NCBI GenBank assembly: GCA_020628065.1
Contig: JAHDFR010000005.1
Location: 12,397-76,396, forward strand
DNA length: 64,000 bases
Source of the DNA: Acidimicrobiales bacterium
Lineage (GTDB): Bacteria > Actinomycetota > Acidimicrobiia > Acidimicrobiales > SZUA-35
Direction: 5' to 3'
This document shows, piece after piece, positions 18,159 through 29,180 of this stretch. A program made the translations under genes and the position numbers. The notes under the pieces are model-generated. The model searched no databases and was not told where the DNA came from. It worked only from the letters and a program-made list of their open reading frames with translations. Each line of letters starts with the position of its first letter. Position 1 is the first letter of the stretch.

Positions 18159-20309
18159 ATGAAACAATCGCCCGCCGACGGCTCCGAGCCACTTTCGCCG
18201 CCGCAGGCCCGCAAAGAAACCTACGAGCGAACCCACTGGGGAGATACGGTTGTCGACGACTACCGCTGGCTGGAGGACAAGGAGTCCCCCGAGGTTCTCG
18301 ATCATCTTCAAGCCGAGAATCGCTATACCGAAAATGTCCTCAGTCCAACGGACGAGCTCAGAGCCGAGATCTACGCCGAAATCAAGGGACGTATCAAAGA
18401 GACCGACCTTTCGGTGCCCGTCATCCGCGACGACTGGGTGTACTACAGCCGCACAGTTGAAGGGCAGGCCTACCCCATCCACTGTCGGCGGCCGTTGGGT
18501 CCAGCGGGCGGCGGCAAAATGGTGGATCTGCTTACTCTCATGGCTGATGGTCAGGAGCCGGGGCCCGATCTAGCCGGCGACGAGCAGGTGCTTCTCGACG
18601 AGAACGTCGAGGCCGGGAATGATCCGTTCTTCCAGATCGGCATTTTCGAAGTGTCGCCTGACCACAACCAGTTGTTGTGGGGCTATGACCGAGAAGGCGA
18701 CGAGCGATTCAGCGCCGTACTGCGTGACCTCGGCGATGGTTCCGACACCTCGTTGAATCTGGAGGGTCTGAGCTATGGCTCGGCCTGGGCCATGGACAAC
18801 ACCACGTTCTTCTATATCCGGTCCGATGAGGCCAATCGGCCCTATCAGGTTTGGCGGCACCAGCTTGGCTCGTCGGCCGAACCCGATGCGTTGATTCATG
18901 ACGAGCCCGACGAGCGGTTCTTTGTCGGCGTCGGTCGGGAAAAGGACGACTCCTACATCCAGATCGCGATGTCATCGAAGGTGACGGATGAGGTCTGGGT
19001 GATTCCCGCCGACCAACCGACCCAAGACAAGCGCGTGATTGCCCCCAGACAACAGGGGGTTGAATACAGCGTCGCTCACGCTGAGGAGCGGTTCGTCATA
19101 CTCACCAACGACTCCGCCCTGAACTTCAGAGTTGTGGAGGCACCTGAAACATCACCAGGTCCGGAGAGCTGGCGCGAACTCATTGCCGGGTCCGACGACG
19201 TCACTATTGGTGACATCGACGTCTGCCGCCGCCATCTCACGCTCTATGAGCGTTCGGCGGGAACCACCCGCATTCGGTTACGGGTGTGGGAGACCGGCGA
19301 ATACGAGTTGGTCGAGCAGCCGGAGGCGGTGTCAACCGCCTGGCCGGGAGCGAACCCGGACTTCGACTCTGCGGTGTTGCGCTACGGCTACTCATCGATG
19401 GTGACGCCGCCATCGGTCATTGTGTTTGACCCCGAAACAGGTGAGCGCTCGGTGGTGAAGCAGCAAGAGGTCATGGGAGGCTACGACGCTGACGCCTATC
19501 GCACCGATCGAGTTTGGGCCACGGCAACAGATGGCACCCGGATACCGGTAAGCATGGTGCAGCGGACTGACAGGGCCGACGGGCCCGGACCGACGCTGTT
19601 GTACGCCTACGGTTCCTACGAGGCGTCAATGGATCCGGCCTTCTCAACCGCCAGGCTCTCCCTGCTCGACCGAGGCTTTGTCTTTGCCATAGCCCACGTG
19701 CGAGGTGGAGGAGAGATGGGCCGGCAGTGGTACCTGGACGGCAAGATGGCAAACAAGATGAATACGTTCACCGATGTTGTCGCGGTGGCCGATCACCTGG
19801 TCGCCACCGAGGTGGCGACACCGCAGCAACTCGTATTGCGAGGAGGATCTGCTGGCGGGCTAATGGCGGGCGCGGTCATGAATCTGGCACCGGACCGGTT
19901 CGAAGCCGTCGTCGCCCAGGTGCCTTTCGTAGACGCTCTGACGACGATCCTTAACCCGGAGCTACCCCTGACCGTCACCGAGTGGGAGGAGTGGGGCAAC
20001 CCGCTGGAGGACGAGGATGCGTACAGCGACATGCGGGCCTACTCTCCGATCGACAACGTGGACGCACTCAGCTACCCGTCGGTGCTGGCCACTGCCGGGC
20101 TCAACGACACCAGGGTTAGCTATTGGGAAGCAGCCAAATGGGTGCAAAAACTGCGGGAGCGGTCGGTCTCGGACAAACCGATTCTGCTGTGGACCGACCT
20201 TGAGTCCGGGCACAGCGGGCCATCGGGTCGCTATGAAGCGTGGAAGGAAGAAGCCCGAATCCTGGCATATATCGTCTGGTCGGTTGGTTACATCAACCAG
20301 GCGACGTGA
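18159..20309 (+). CDS. ptrB: Oligopeptidase B (S9A prolyl oligopeptidase family)
   Basis: 716 aa. N-terminal HWGDTVVDDYRWLEDKESPEVL, catalytic-Ser motif GGSAGGLM, C-terminal D...GH triad region. Confidence 0.9.
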   Translation: MKQSPADGSEPLSPPQARKETYERTHWGDTVVDDYRWLEDKESPEVLDHLQAENRYTENVLSPTDELRAEIYAEIKGRIKETDLSVPVIRDDWVYYSRTVEGQAYPIHCRRPLGPAGGGKMVDLLTLMADGQEPGPDLAGDEQVLLDENVEAGNDPFFQIGIFEVSPDHNQLLWGYDREGDERFSAVLRDLGDGSDTSLNLEGLSYGSAWAMDNTTFFYIRSDEANRPYQVWRHQLGSSAEPDALIHDEPDERFFVGVGREKDDSYIQIAMSSKVTDEVWVIPADQPTQDKRVIAPRQQGVEYSVAHAEERFVILTNDSALNFRVVEAPETSPGPESWRELIAGSDDVTIGDIDVCRRHLTLYERSAGTTRIRLRVWETGEYELVEQPEAVSTAWPGANPDFDSAVLRYGYSSMVTPPSVIVFDPETGERSVVKQQEVMGGYDADAYRTDRVWATATDGTRIPVSMVQRTDRADGPGPTLLYAYGSYEASMDPAFSTARLSLLDRGFVFAIAHVRGGGEMGRQWYLDGKMANKMNTFTDVVAVADHLVATEVATPQQLVLRGGSAGGLMAGAVMNLAPDRFEAVVAQVPFVDALTTILNPELPLTVTEWEEWGNPLEDEDAYSDMRAYSPIDNVDALSYPSVLATAGLNDTRVSYWEAAKWVQKLRERSVSDKPILLWTDLESGHSGPSGRYEAWKEEARILAYIVWSVGYINQAT

Positions 20310-20437
20310 GGCAATCGAACAACGCCATGCTTGCGAGGATGAAACGATGAACGAAAGCTATGGCAAGCCTTTGCTTGACGCATTCGGCATCGAGCCGACA
20401 AGAGGTGTAGGGTCCGTACGAAGACCTGGTAGAGGAG

Positions 20438-22207
20438 GTGGTCGCCGTCGGGACCGCAGATAATGAAGCTCAGCCGCCGGACAATCTGGCCGAAGTCGAG
20501 GAGCTGCACAGCCAGCTTGCCGCGATGGAAGACGAGGTTGTCGCCTTACGTCGGCGCCTTCAAGACGCACCAAAACGTGTCCGCACCCTAGAGGAGCGGT
20601 TGCTCGATACCAAAGGACAGCTCGCTCAGGCGGTAAGCCAGAACGAGAAGCTGACCTACACCCTCCGAGAGGCCAGGGAACACATCGCCGCGCTTCGCGA
20701 GGAGGTCGACAAGCTCACTCAGCCGCCCAGCGCCTATGGCACTCTTCTGGGCCCGAATGACGACGGTACGGTCGATGTTTACTCGAGCGGCCGCAAGATG
20801 CGGGTTGAAGCCCATCCGTCGATCGAGGTCACTGAACTGGTCCGGGGCGCCGAGGTGGTGTTGAACGAGTCGTTGAACGTTGTGATGGTGCGGGAACCGG
20901 ATCAGTCCGGCGAGGTCGTCACCATCAAAGAAATGTTCCCCGACGGCAAGCGGGCATTTATCGTCGGTCGAGCCGACGAAGAACGAGTAGTCGATCTGGC
21001 CGAGCATCTGGTGGGAACCGGCGTACGGGCCGGCGACTCGATGCTGCTGGATGGCCGGTCTTCGGTTCTGGTGGAGAAACTTCCGAAGGCTGAAGTGGAA
21101 GATTTGGTCCTGGAGGAGGTGCCCGATGTCAGCTATGACGACATCGGTGGCCTCGACGACCAAATTGAAACGATTGTCGATGCGGTCGAGCTTCCGTTCC
21201 TTCATGCCGATCTGTACGCCGAGCATCAACTACCGGCCCCCAAGGGAATTCTGCTCTACGGGCCGCCTGGTTGCGGTAAGACACTCATCGCCAAAGCGGT
21301 GGCCAACTCACTGGCAAAAAAGGTGGCTGAGGTCGCCGGTGACCATGAAACCCGGAGCTTCTTCCTGAACATCAAAGGTCCGGAGCTGCTCAACAAGTAC
21401 GTCGGCGAGACTGAACGTCAGATCCGTTTGATTTTCCAACGGGCTCGGGAAAAGTCAGCTGAAGGCTGGCCGGTCATCATCTTCTTCGACGAGATGGAAT
21501 CATTGTTCCGCACCAGGGGCAGCGGCATCAGCTCTGATATCGAGAGCACCATCGTGCCTCAGCTGCTGGCCGAGATCGACGGCGTCGAGACGCTGAAGAA
21601 CGTAATCGTGATCGGCGCCTCCAACCGCGAGGATTTGATTGATCCCGCCATTTTGAGGCCGGGCCGTCTTGACGTGAAGATCAAGATTGAGCGGCCCGAG
21701 CCCGATTCGGCCCGGTCCATCTTCGCCAACTACCTGACCAAAGAGATTCCCATCCACGACTCCGAGCTGCGCCAACACGGCGAGATCGAGGGTGCGCTGG
21801 CCGCCATGATCGACTCCGCAGTCGAGTTCATGTACCGGGCTGACGACGATACGAGGTTCCTTGAAGTCACCTACCAGAACGGCGACAAGGAGATTCTGTA
21901 CTTCCGCGATTTCGCTTCCGGCGCAATGATTGAGAACATCGTCCGTCGCTCGAAGAAGCTTGCCATCAAGCGCTTCCTTGGATCACAGGAAAAGGGAATC
22001 AAGACTGAAGACCTTCTGACGTCCGTGACCCAGGAGTACAAGGAGCACGAGGACCTGCCGAACACCACGAACCCCGACGACTGGGCCAAGATTTCCGGCA
22101 AGAAGGGTGAGCGTATTGTTTATGTCCGTACGCTGGTAGGTCCATCAGGTGCTGAGAAATCCGGCGGACGGGCCATCGAACAGGTAGCCACCGGACAGTA
22201 TCTCTAA
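20438..22207 (+). CDS. mpa: Proteasome-associated AAA ATPase Mpa/ARC
   Basis: N-terminal coiled coil, Walker A GPPGCGKT, Walker [10 protein letters not shown] and the diagnostic C-terminal GQYL. GTG 20438 is the only start available after the in-frame stop at 20408. Confidence 0.9.
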   Translation: MVAVGTADNEAQPPDNLAEVEELHSQLAAMEDEVVALRRRLQDAPKRVRTLEERLLDTKGQLAQAVSQNEKLTYTLREAREHIAALREEVDKLTQPPSAYGTLLGPNDDGTVDVYSSGRKMRVEAHPSIEVTELVRGAEVVLNESLNVVMVREPDQSGEVVTIKEMFPDGKRAFIVGRADEERVVDLAEHLVGTGVRAGDSMLLDGRSSVLVEKLPKAEVEDLVLEEVPDVSYDDIGGLDDQIETIVDAVELPFLHADLYAEHQLPAPKGILLYGPPGCGKTLIAKAVANSLAKKVAEVAGDHETRSFFLNIKGPELLNKYVGETERQIRLIFQRAREKSAEGWPVIIFFDEMESLFRTRGSGISSDIESTIVPQLLAEIDGVETLKNVIVIGASNREDLIDPAILRPGRLDVKIKIERPEPDSARSIFANYLTKEIPIHDSELRQHGEIEGALAAMIDSAVEFMYRADDDTRFLEVTYQNGDKEILYFRDFASGAMIENIVRRSKKLAIKRFLGSQEKGIKTEDLLTSVTQEYKEHEDLPNTTNPDDWAKISGKKGERIVYVRTLVGPSGAEKSGGRAIEQVATGQYL

Positions 22208-22237
22208 GCGCCTCCTCGTCGCAGCGCACAGGGCTTT

Positions 22238-23749
22238 ATGGCTGTCAACAAGATCGTTGGAATCGAAACCGAGTACGGGATCATGGTCCGTGGCTCAGCG
22301 GATTGGAACCCGGTCTCGGCTTCGTCACTGCTCATCAACTCCTATGTGGGGTCCGACGTGGGCAGTGTCGAGGACCGAACCGCCCCGATCGCCTGGGACT
22401 TCATTGACGAGACGCCAGGCGCTGACGCCCGAGACGCGTTGGCCCCGGACTTCGCCATGCCGCCGGAGGTTGAGACCCACCTGGTCAATGCCGTCTTGAC
22501 AAACGGGGCCCGATATTACGTCGATCACGCCCACCCGGAACTCTCCACTCCCGAGTGCCGCGACGCGCTGTCGCTGGTGCTGTATGACCGGGCGGCCGAA
22601 CTGATCCTGGCCGACTCCATGTTGGCGGCGGGTGATGCTTTGCCTCCAGGTCAGGAGGTTGTCATCTACAAAGACAACAGCGACCGCAAGGGCAACGCTT
22701 ACGGCTGCCATGAGAACTACCTGCTGGACCGGAATTTGCCGTTCGGGCAGATCATTGGGCTGGCTACGACTCACTTTGTCACCAGGCAGGTGTTCACCGG
22801 CTCGGGAAAGGTCGGCAGCGAGCTTCCCGGTGTCACCGCCCGCGACGTTCCGTATCAGCTGACCCAGCGGGCCGAGCACTTCGAAGAAGAGGTCGGGCTG
22901 GAGACAACGCTGAAACGTCCCATCGTCAACACCCGGGACGAACCTCATGCCGATAGCAACAAGTATCGTCGCCTGCATGTGATTGCCGGTGACGCCAACA
23001 TGGCCCAGAACGCCACGCTGTTGAAGGTCGGCACCAGCGCCATCCTGTTCGCCATGTTGGAGGACGGCGCCTATGACAGCCCAATCCTTTTGGATCAGCC
23101 GGTCGAGGCGATGCATGCCGTCAGTCATGACCTGAGTTTGAAAAAGCCGCTGACGCTGGATGACGGTTCTACAGCGACCGCAATCGAGATTCAGTGGAAG
23201 CTACTGGAGCAGGCGAGGTCGTGGGCCGACCGTCACGGGTTGGAGGCCGTGGGGGAGGAGTGTGGCAAGCTGGTGTTTGAACGGTGGGAGCGTGTTTTGT
23301 CGGGTCTTGAATCCGATCCCGTTTCCGTCGCTCCGTGGGTTGACTGGGTGGCCAAACAACGGCTACTCGAAGGCTTCATGGAGCGTCACGACTGTGAGTG
23401 GGATGACTCTCGGCTGCGGGCCCTCGACCTTCAATACCATGATCTTCGACCGGCGAAATCTCTTGCCGCTCGGGCCGGGCTTGAGCAGTTGGTGACCGAC
23501 GATCAGGCTCGAGTGGCGACAACCGAGCCCCCTGAAGACACACGAGCCTATTTTCGTGGTCGATGCCTCCAGAAGTTTGCCGACAACATCGTGGCGGCCA
23601 ACTGGGATTCGATCGTGTTTGATGTCGGCGAGGATCCGCTGCGACGTGTACCGATGTTGGAGCCTAATCGTGGTACTGCGTCACACGTGGCAACTATTCT
23701 GGACGAAAGCGCATCCGTCATCGAGTTACTGGACAAACTAGGTGCATAG
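22238..23749 (+). CDS. dop: Pup deamidase/depupylase Dop
   Basis: 503 aa. N-terminal IVGIETEYGI and the CHENYL motif of the Dop/PafA family. It is longer than the pafA paralogue (Dop-loop insertion) and sits immediately upstream of pup. Confidence 0.85.
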   Translation: MAVNKIVGIETEYGIMVRGSADWNPVSASSLLINSYVGSDVGSVEDRTAPIAWDFIDETPGADARDALAPDFAMPPEVETHLVNAVLTNGARYYVDHAHPELSTPECRDALSLVLYDRAAELILADSMLAAGDALPPGQEVVIYKDNSDRKGNAYGCHENYLLDRNLPFGQIIGLATTHFVTRQVFTGSGKVGSELPGVTARDVPYQLTQRAEHFEEEVGLETTLKRPIVNTRDEPHADSNKYRRLHVIAGDANMAQNATLLKVGTSAILFAMLEDGAYDSPILLDQPVEAMHAVSHDLSLKKPLTLDDGSTATAIEIQWKLLEQARSWADRHGLEAVGEECGKLVFERWERVLSGLESDPVSVAPWVDWVAKQRLLEGFMERHDCEWDDSRLRALDLQYHDLRPAKSLAARAGLEQLVTDDQARVATTEPPEDTRAYFRGRCLQKFADNIVAANWDSIVFDVGEDPLRRVPMLEPNRGTASHVATILDESASVIELLDKLGA

Positions 23750-23817
23750 GCGGATGGGCCGAGGAGAATCTGATCGGTTGTCCCCACCCGGGGTAGGCCC
23801 CGACGAGGAGAACGAAA

Positions 23818-24012
23818 ATGGCTGAACGAGAACAGAAGCGAAAGCCCAAACCTGAGTCTCAAGAAGAGGTCGTAGAGGACGTTCCGGCCGGCAGCGAGTC
23901 TGGCGAGGCTCTCAAAGCCGAGTTAGATGACCTGCTCGACGAAATCGACGACGTGCTGGAAACCAACGCCGAGGACTTCGTCAAGAGCTACATTCAAAAA
24001 GGTGGCCAATAG
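23818..24012 (+). CDS. pup: Prokaryotic ubiquitin-like protein Pup
   Basis: 64 aa, acidic, with the C-terminus ...[22 protein letters not shown] lies upstream. Confidence 0.9.
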   Translation: MAEREQKRKPKPESQEEVVEDVPAGSESGEALKAELDDLLDEIDDVLETNAEDFVKSYIQKGGQ

Positions 24013-24090
24013 CGCGTAGTTGGCGGATGCGGAGTCTCCGTCAGGCGGTCGCTCGAAGGCCGGGATGGCTCCGCTAGGCTGGGCCGCTGT

Positions 24091-24921
24091 ATGAACTTTC
24101 CAGTTTTTGATCCCACTGATGATCCTGGACCCAGCTTCGAGGCGTTGCTGAAAAAGACCGGCCTCGTGTCGTCCGACCATTCGCACGGCGCCTCCACCAG
24201 CTCATCGGGGTCGCCGGAGATCACCCACGGAACAACTGTGGTGTCGGCCAAGTACGACGGCGGTGTGATCATCGCCGGTGATCGTCGGGCCACGTCCGGC
24301 AACCTCATCAGCCACCGGAACATGAAGAAGGTGTTTCCGGCTGATCGGTGGTCCGGTGTGGCCATCGCCGGTGCTGCCGGGCCGGCGCTCGAAATGGTAA
24401 AGGTGTTTCAACTTCAGTTGGAACACTACGAGAAGGTGGAAGGCCATCCACTCTCGTTGGAAGGCAAAGCAAACCAGCTGTCGCAAATGTTGCGAGGCAA
24501 CCTGCCGGCCGCCATGCAGGGTCTAGTGGTAGTTCCGATCTTCGCCGGGTTCGATCGCCGCCGTAACTACGGTCGGCTGTTCGCCTACGACGTGACAGGT
24601 GGACGCTACGAGGAGGAAGACTTTGTGGCCTCCGGGAGCGGAAGTCTGTTTGCCAGGACGGTGATCAAAATGGGTCATCGTGACGATCTCAGCCAGGGCG
24701 ATGCCGTTGACCTGATGATTCGGGCGCTGTTCGCCGCTGCCGATGACGATTCGGCCACCGGTGGACCGGACAGCATGAGAGGTATCTACCCCATCGTCGC
24801 CACCATCTCGGCCGACGGGTATCAGGAGTTGGACGAGTCGGATGTCGCCGGGCGGTTTGAGCGGGTGCTCGCAGAGTTCTCTGACCAACAGAACGCCACG
24901 GCTACGGGAGGTCAAGCCTGA
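24091..24921 (+). CDS. prcB: Proteasome beta subunit (with propeptide)
   Basis: Propeptide ends ...EITHG, followed by the catalytic N-terminal Thr (TTVVSAKYDGGVIIAGDRRATSG). Confidence 0.9.
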   Translation: MNFPVFDPTDDPGPSFEALLKKTGLVSSDHSHGASTSSSGSPEITHGTTVVSAKYDGGVIIAGDRRATSGNLISHRNMKKVFPADRWSGVAIAGAAGPALEMVKVFQLQLEHYEKVEGHPLSLEGKANQLSQMLRGNLPAAMQGLVVVPIFAGFDRRRNYGRLFAYDVTGGRYEEEDFVASGSGSLFARTVIKMGHRDDLSQGDAVDLMIRALFAAADDDSATGGPDSMRGIYPIVATISADGYQELDESDVAGRFERVLAEFSDQQNATATGGQA

Positions 24922-25598
24922 TGAACATGCCGTTCTATGTTGCTCCCGAGCAGCTGATGAAAGATCGGGCGGATTTCGCCCAGAAGGGCATCGCCCGTGG
25001 TCGAAGCCTGGCTGCGGTCGAGTTTGCCGACGGCATGCTGCTTTGTGCCGAGAACCCATCACGGAATCTGCGAAAGGTTTCGGAAATCTATGACCGTATT
25101 GCCTTCGCCGGTGTCGGTCGCTACAACGAGTACGACCAGCTGAGGATCGCCGGTATTCGTCACGCCGACATCAAGGGCTACACCTATTCCCGAGATGACG
25201 TCGACTCTCAAGCCTTGGCCAATCAGTACGCCCAGATGCTCGGTCAGATCTTCACCCACGAGACCAAACCGTTGGAAGTGGAGATTCTCGTCGCCTCGGT
25301 TGGATTCGACACCTCCGGCGACCGCTTGTTCCACATCCGCTACGACGGTTCGGTCAGTGATGAGGACGGGTTTGCCGTGCTTGGTGGTGAAGCCGAAGCA
25401 ATTCGTGAGCGACTGGGAGCTTCGTACGCCGCCGGAATGGCGCTCGACGGCGCTCTACAGGCCGCCGTTTCGGCCTTGGCCGGTGATGATCGTTCGCTGA
25501 GCAGCGGTGAGCTTGAAGTAGCGGTACTTGATCGTCTCGACGGTGGGCGGTGCTTCCGGCGACTGGAGAACGGCGAGATCGACGAGCTGCTGGCATGA
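24921..25598 (+). CDS. prcA: Proteasome alpha subunit
   Basis: 225 aa. MPFYVAPEQLMKDRADFA N-terminus and 20S alpha fold motifs. The ATG overlaps the prcB stop (TGATG). Confidence 0.9.
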   Translation: MNMPFYVAPEQLMKDRADFAQKGIARGRSLAAVEFADGMLLCAENPSRNLRKVSEIYDRIAFAGVGRYNEYDQLRIAGIRHADIKGYTYSRDDVDSQALANQYAQMLGQIFTHETKPLEVEILVASVGFDTSGDRLFHIRYDGSVSDEDGFAVLGGEAEAIRERLGASYAAGMALDGALQAAVSALAGDDRSLSSGELEVAVLDRLDGGRCFRRLENGEIDELLA

Positions 25599-25705
25599 AT
25601 GTTGGTGCCGGCTTGTGTGTAGACCTGCCGGCATCGGCCTTCCACTGAGTCGACTCAGAGCATCCCGATCTGCGTCGCTGAACGCTGGGGAGTAAGTTGG
25701 TAGCT

Positions 25706-27067
25706 GTGTTCAAACGCCGCATCTATGGCCTCGAAACCGAATACGGGGTTACCTGTACGCTGCGAGGACAACGCCGACTCAGTCCGGACGAAGTCGCCCG
25801 CTATCTCTTCAGACGGGTCGTGTCATGGGGCCGCTCCTCCAACGTCTTTCTCGTTAACGGAGCTCGTCTCTATTTGGATGTTGGTTCGCACCCTGAGTAC
25901 GCCACCGCCGAGTGCGACTCGATCGGTGAGGTCGTCGTCCATGACAAGGCGGGCGAGCGAATCCTTGAGGAATTACTCAGCTCGGCCGAAGACCGTCTGC
26001 TTGATGAGGGCATCCGGGGCACCGTTCATCTGTTCAAGAACAACACCGATTCGGCCGGCAACTCGTACGGCTGTCACGAGAACTATCTGACCAGCCGAAC
26101 CGATGAACTCAATCACTACGACGAGATCCTGATTCCGTTCCTGGTGAGTCGACAAATCTACGCCGGTGCCGGGAAGGTGCTGCAGACGGCAAGGGGCCCG
26201 ATGTTCGCCTTGAGCCAACGGGCCGAACACATTTGGGAAGGCGTCTCGTCGGCGACAACCCGTTCGCGTCCGATCATCAACACCCGGGACGAACCGCATG
26301 CCGACGCCGAGCACTATCGGCGACTCCATGTGATCGTCGGCGATTCGAACATGAGTGAGTACACCACCTATCTGAAGGTTGGTGTGATGGCTGTACTACT
26401 CCGAATGGTTGAAGATCCGTCATGTATTCTTCGAGACTTCACCCTGGAAAACCCGATTCGGGCAATCCGGGAGATCAGCCACGACCTCACCTTGACCCGA
26501 CGGGTACGACTGGCTGACGGGCGAGAGATTTCTGCGCTTGAGATGCAGTCCGAGTACCTCGACCGGGCACTTCGATACTCCGCCACTCACGGACTCCCCG
26601 AGGACGAGCAGCGGGCGTTGCAGATGTGGGAACACGTCATGACGCAGTTGGAGAGCGACCCGCTCAAGCTGGACTCACAGCTCGACTGGGTAATAAAACA
26701 CAACTTGATCGAGGCGTACCGTGAGAAGCACGGGCTGAGCCTGTCACACCCCCGGGTGGCGCTGATGGATCTGCAATACCACGATATTTCTCGCCATCGG
26801 GGGCTGTTCTATCGACTTCAGGCCAGAGATCTGGTTGAGCGAACGCTTGATGACTCGGACATGTTCGCCGCCGTCGATCAGCCCCCGCAGACCACCAGGG
26901 CCAAGCTGCGCGGTGACTTCATTCGTAGGGCCAAGGAACGCAAGAGGGATTACACCGTCGACTGGGTGCACCTCAAGCTGAACGACCAGGCCCAGCGCAC
27001 GGTCTTGTGCAAAGATCCGTTCCGAAGCGAAGACGACCGGGTGGCCAAGCTAATAGAGAGCCTGTAA
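25706..27067 (+). CDS. pafA: Pup-protein ligase PafA
   Basis: [12 protein letters not shown]-terminus and CHENYL motif. GTG 25706 is preferred (GGGGAG lies 13 nt upstream). TTG 25697 is the track start. Confidence 0.85.
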   Translation: MFKRRIYGLETEYGVTCTLRGQRRLSPDEVARYLFRRVVSWGRSSNVFLVNGARLYLDVGSHPEYATAECDSIGEVVVHDKAGERILEELLSSAEDRLLDEGIRGTVHLFKNNTDSAGNSYGCHENYLTSRTDELNHYDEILIPFLVSRQIYAGAGKVLQTARGPMFALSQRAEHIWEGVSSATTRSRPIINTRDEPHADAEHYRRLHVIVGDSNMSEYTTYLKVGVMAVLLRMVEDPSCILRDFTLENPIRAIREISHDLTLTRRVRLADGREISALEMQSEYLDRALRYSATHGLPEDEQRALQMWEHVMTQLESDPLKLDSQLDWVIKHNLIEAYREKHGLSLSHPRVALMDLQYHDISRHRGLFYRLQARDLVERTLDDSDMFAAVDQPPQTTRAKLRGDFIRRAKERKRDYTVDWVHLKLNDQAQRTVLCKDPFRSEDDRVAKLIESL

Positions 27068-27104
27068 CCGCAGGCGGTTCGCCGCTGGCTAGGGTTATCT
27101 CGTC

Positions 27105-28112
27105 ATGTCGGTCAATAAGCTCGAGCGTCTGCTCAATCTGACGGCGGTGCTCCTCGACACCCGGCGACTCTTGACCGCCGAGGAAATCCGTCGAAAAGTT
27201 GAGGGCTACCCTCCGCCCGGTCCAGCGTTTCATCGTGCGTTTGAGCGGGACAAGGACGACCTGCGGGTTCTGGGCATCCCGTTGACAGTCGAGAAGGTCC
27301 CAACCACCGATCCGCCGATCGACGGTTATCGCATCGATCCCGATCAGTACTATTTGCCCGACCCGGGTCTGCAACCCGATGAGCTGGCCGCTCTGCATTT
27401 GGCATCGCTCACGGTGCGACTGGAGGGCCTGGAGGATCGCGAAGCACTGTGGAAGCTTGGGGGCCTCGACCCGGCCGGCCACCTCGCTGTCAGCCCCAGC
27501 ACGCCAAGCCCGGCCAGCTCGGAAATGTCATCGGGCGTAGTCGCCTCGCTCCCGGTTGACCCGGCACTGACTCCCTTGTTTGAAGCGATCACCAGCAAAC
27601 GCTCGGTGGTCTTCACTTACAACGATCAGGAGCGAACGCTGGATCCGTGGCGCCTGGATTTCCAGAGGGGTCGCTGGTACGTCACAGGCTTTGATCACCT
27701 GCGCTCCGCTGAGCGCAACTTCCGCCTTGACCGGATCTCTGGCGCAGTCACGGTGACCGAACTGGCGGTGGAAACTACTCCCGGCCGGGAGCGAACAGGA
27801 CCACTCCAGGCATGGGAGATCGGAAGTGAGGATCCGACCAAGACCCGCCTGTGGATCGATGGATCACGGGTCGAGAGCGCCAGCCGGCTTTTGGGTCCCG
27901 ATGCTCATCGCATAGACGGTGACGACGGGTCTGCCGTCTTCGAGATCGAGGTTGTGAACTTCGACGCGTTTCGCACCTTCGTACTTGGCTTTCTCGATCG
28001 AGCCGAAGTCTTGGACCCTCCGGAGTGGCGAACGGCAATCATCGGCTGGCTGGAAGCTGTGGCAACCGGGTCCGTGCCTGACAACGGTAGGCAGGATGGT
28101 AATCATGGCTAG
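27105..28112 (+). CDS. pafB: HTH/WYL-domain regulator PafB
   Basis: N-terminal HTH (KLERLLNLTAVLL) and WYL-domain segment (GRWYVTGFDHLRSAERNFRLDRI). It follows pafA. Confidence 0.8.
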   Translation: MSVNKLERLLNLTAVLLDTRRLLTAEEIRRKVEGYPPPGPAFHRAFERDKDDLRVLGIPLTVEKVPTTDPPIDGYRIDPDQYYLPDPGLQPDELAALHLASLTVRLEGLEDREALWKLGGLDPAGHLAVSPSTPSPASSEMSSGVVASLPVDPALTPLFEAITSKRSVVFTYNDQERTLDPWRLDFQRGRWYVTGFDHLRSAERNFRLDRISGAVTVTELAVETTPGRERTGPLQAWEIGSEDPTKTRLWIDGSRVESASRLLGPDAHRIDGDDGSAVFEIEVVNFDAFRTFVLGFLDRAEVLDPPEWRTAIIGWLEAVATGSVPDNGRQDGNHG

Positions 28113-29061
28113 ATCTACCGCTTCCGATCGCATGCGGCGGGTACTGGCCATCGTCCCTTGGATTGTCGCCAATCCCGGCCGCCACACCTCGGAAGTGGCC
28201 GCCCGTTTCGGCCTGACCGAAGCCGAACTGTTGAACGATCTGAGCGTGGTGTTCATGGTGGGGCTGCCGCCTTACTCACCTGACGCTCTGGTTGATGTGC
28301 AAATCGACGATGACGGGCGGGTGTCCATCCATCTGGCCGATTTTTTCTCCCGCCCACTTCGTCTCAACGCCGCTCAAGGCCTGGCATTGGTAGCCGCCTC
28401 CGACGCTTTGTTGTCTGTTCCCGGAATGGATGCCGATGGGGCGCTGGCCCGTGCGATCGCCAAGTTGGCGGATGCTCTCGGGGTTGATGACGCCAATCCG
28501 GTCGACGTTCATCTCGGCAATGCCGAGGCGGAACATCTCAGCGTCCTGCGGTCGGCGGCGGAAGGCGGCAATGAAGTAGAAATCGACTATTACTCGTTCG
28601 GCCGCGATGTACGCACCCGCCGTCGCATTGCCCCCTGGAGAGTGTTTGCCGACTCAGGCAGTTGGTATGTGCACGCCTGGTGCCGAAAGGCTGAGGGGGA
28701 GCGAATCTTCCGCCTGGATCGGATTGAGAACTTGGCGGTTCTGGAAGAAACATCTCAGGGTGCCCCCGATGGTCGTGGGGAACAGCCCGCCATTTTCAAT
28801 CCCAAAGCAGAGACACCGGTCATCACGTTGACCTTGGATTCGGACGCGGCCTGGGTGGCGGAAACCTATCCATGTGAGCGGGTTGAGACCCTCGACAATG
28901 GGGCCACTCGGGTGACGTTGGCGGTGACGGCCATGCCATGGCTTGAACGGTTGTTGGTTCGGCTCGGGCATCATGGACAGGTTGATGCCAAGAACTCTTT
29001 TGATGGTGCGGACGGCCTCGCTGCCACCGCAGCGGAACGTATTCTCGCCCGATACCGGTAG
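28105..29061 (+). CDS. pafC: HTH/WYL-domain regulator PafC
   Basis: RMRRVLAIVPWIV HTH and WYL segment (GSWYVHAWCRKAEGERIFRLDRI). ATG 28105 overlaps the pafB stop by 8 nt. ATG 28096 is an alternative. Confidence 0.8.
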   Translation: MARSTASDRMRRVLAIVPWIVANPGRHTSEVAARFGLTEAELLNDLSVVFMVGLPPYSPDALVDVQIDDDGRVSIHLADFFSRPLRLNAAQGLALVAASDALLSVPGMDADGALARAIAKLADALGVDDANPVDVHLGNAEAEHLSVLRSAAEGGNEVEIDYYSFGRDVRTRRRIAPWRVFADSGSWYVHAWCRKAEGERIFRLDRIENLAVLEETSQGAPDGRGEQPAIFNPKAETPVITLTLDSDAAWVAETYPCERVETLDNGATRVTLAVTAMPWLERLLVRLGHHGQVDAKNSFDGADGLAATAAERILARYR

Positions 29062-29180
29062 TTGAGGCACCAACGGCGCTCATGGCGTAGACCTGGGGGC
29101 CGACGATGCCAGTAGTGGTGCAGTGGTCTAGACTGCCAAGTGGCGTAGGTTCTTCATAATCGAGGACATTTCGGAGTCGT

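Noticed and set aside
20347-20463. 38-codon ORF (MNESYGKPLLDAFGIEPTRG...RRRDRR) upstream of and overlapping the mpa start.
   Set aside because: It is the tail of a shadow frame of ptrB. It has no RBS and an Arg-rich nonsense-like C-terminus. No leader-peptide logic is known for mpa.
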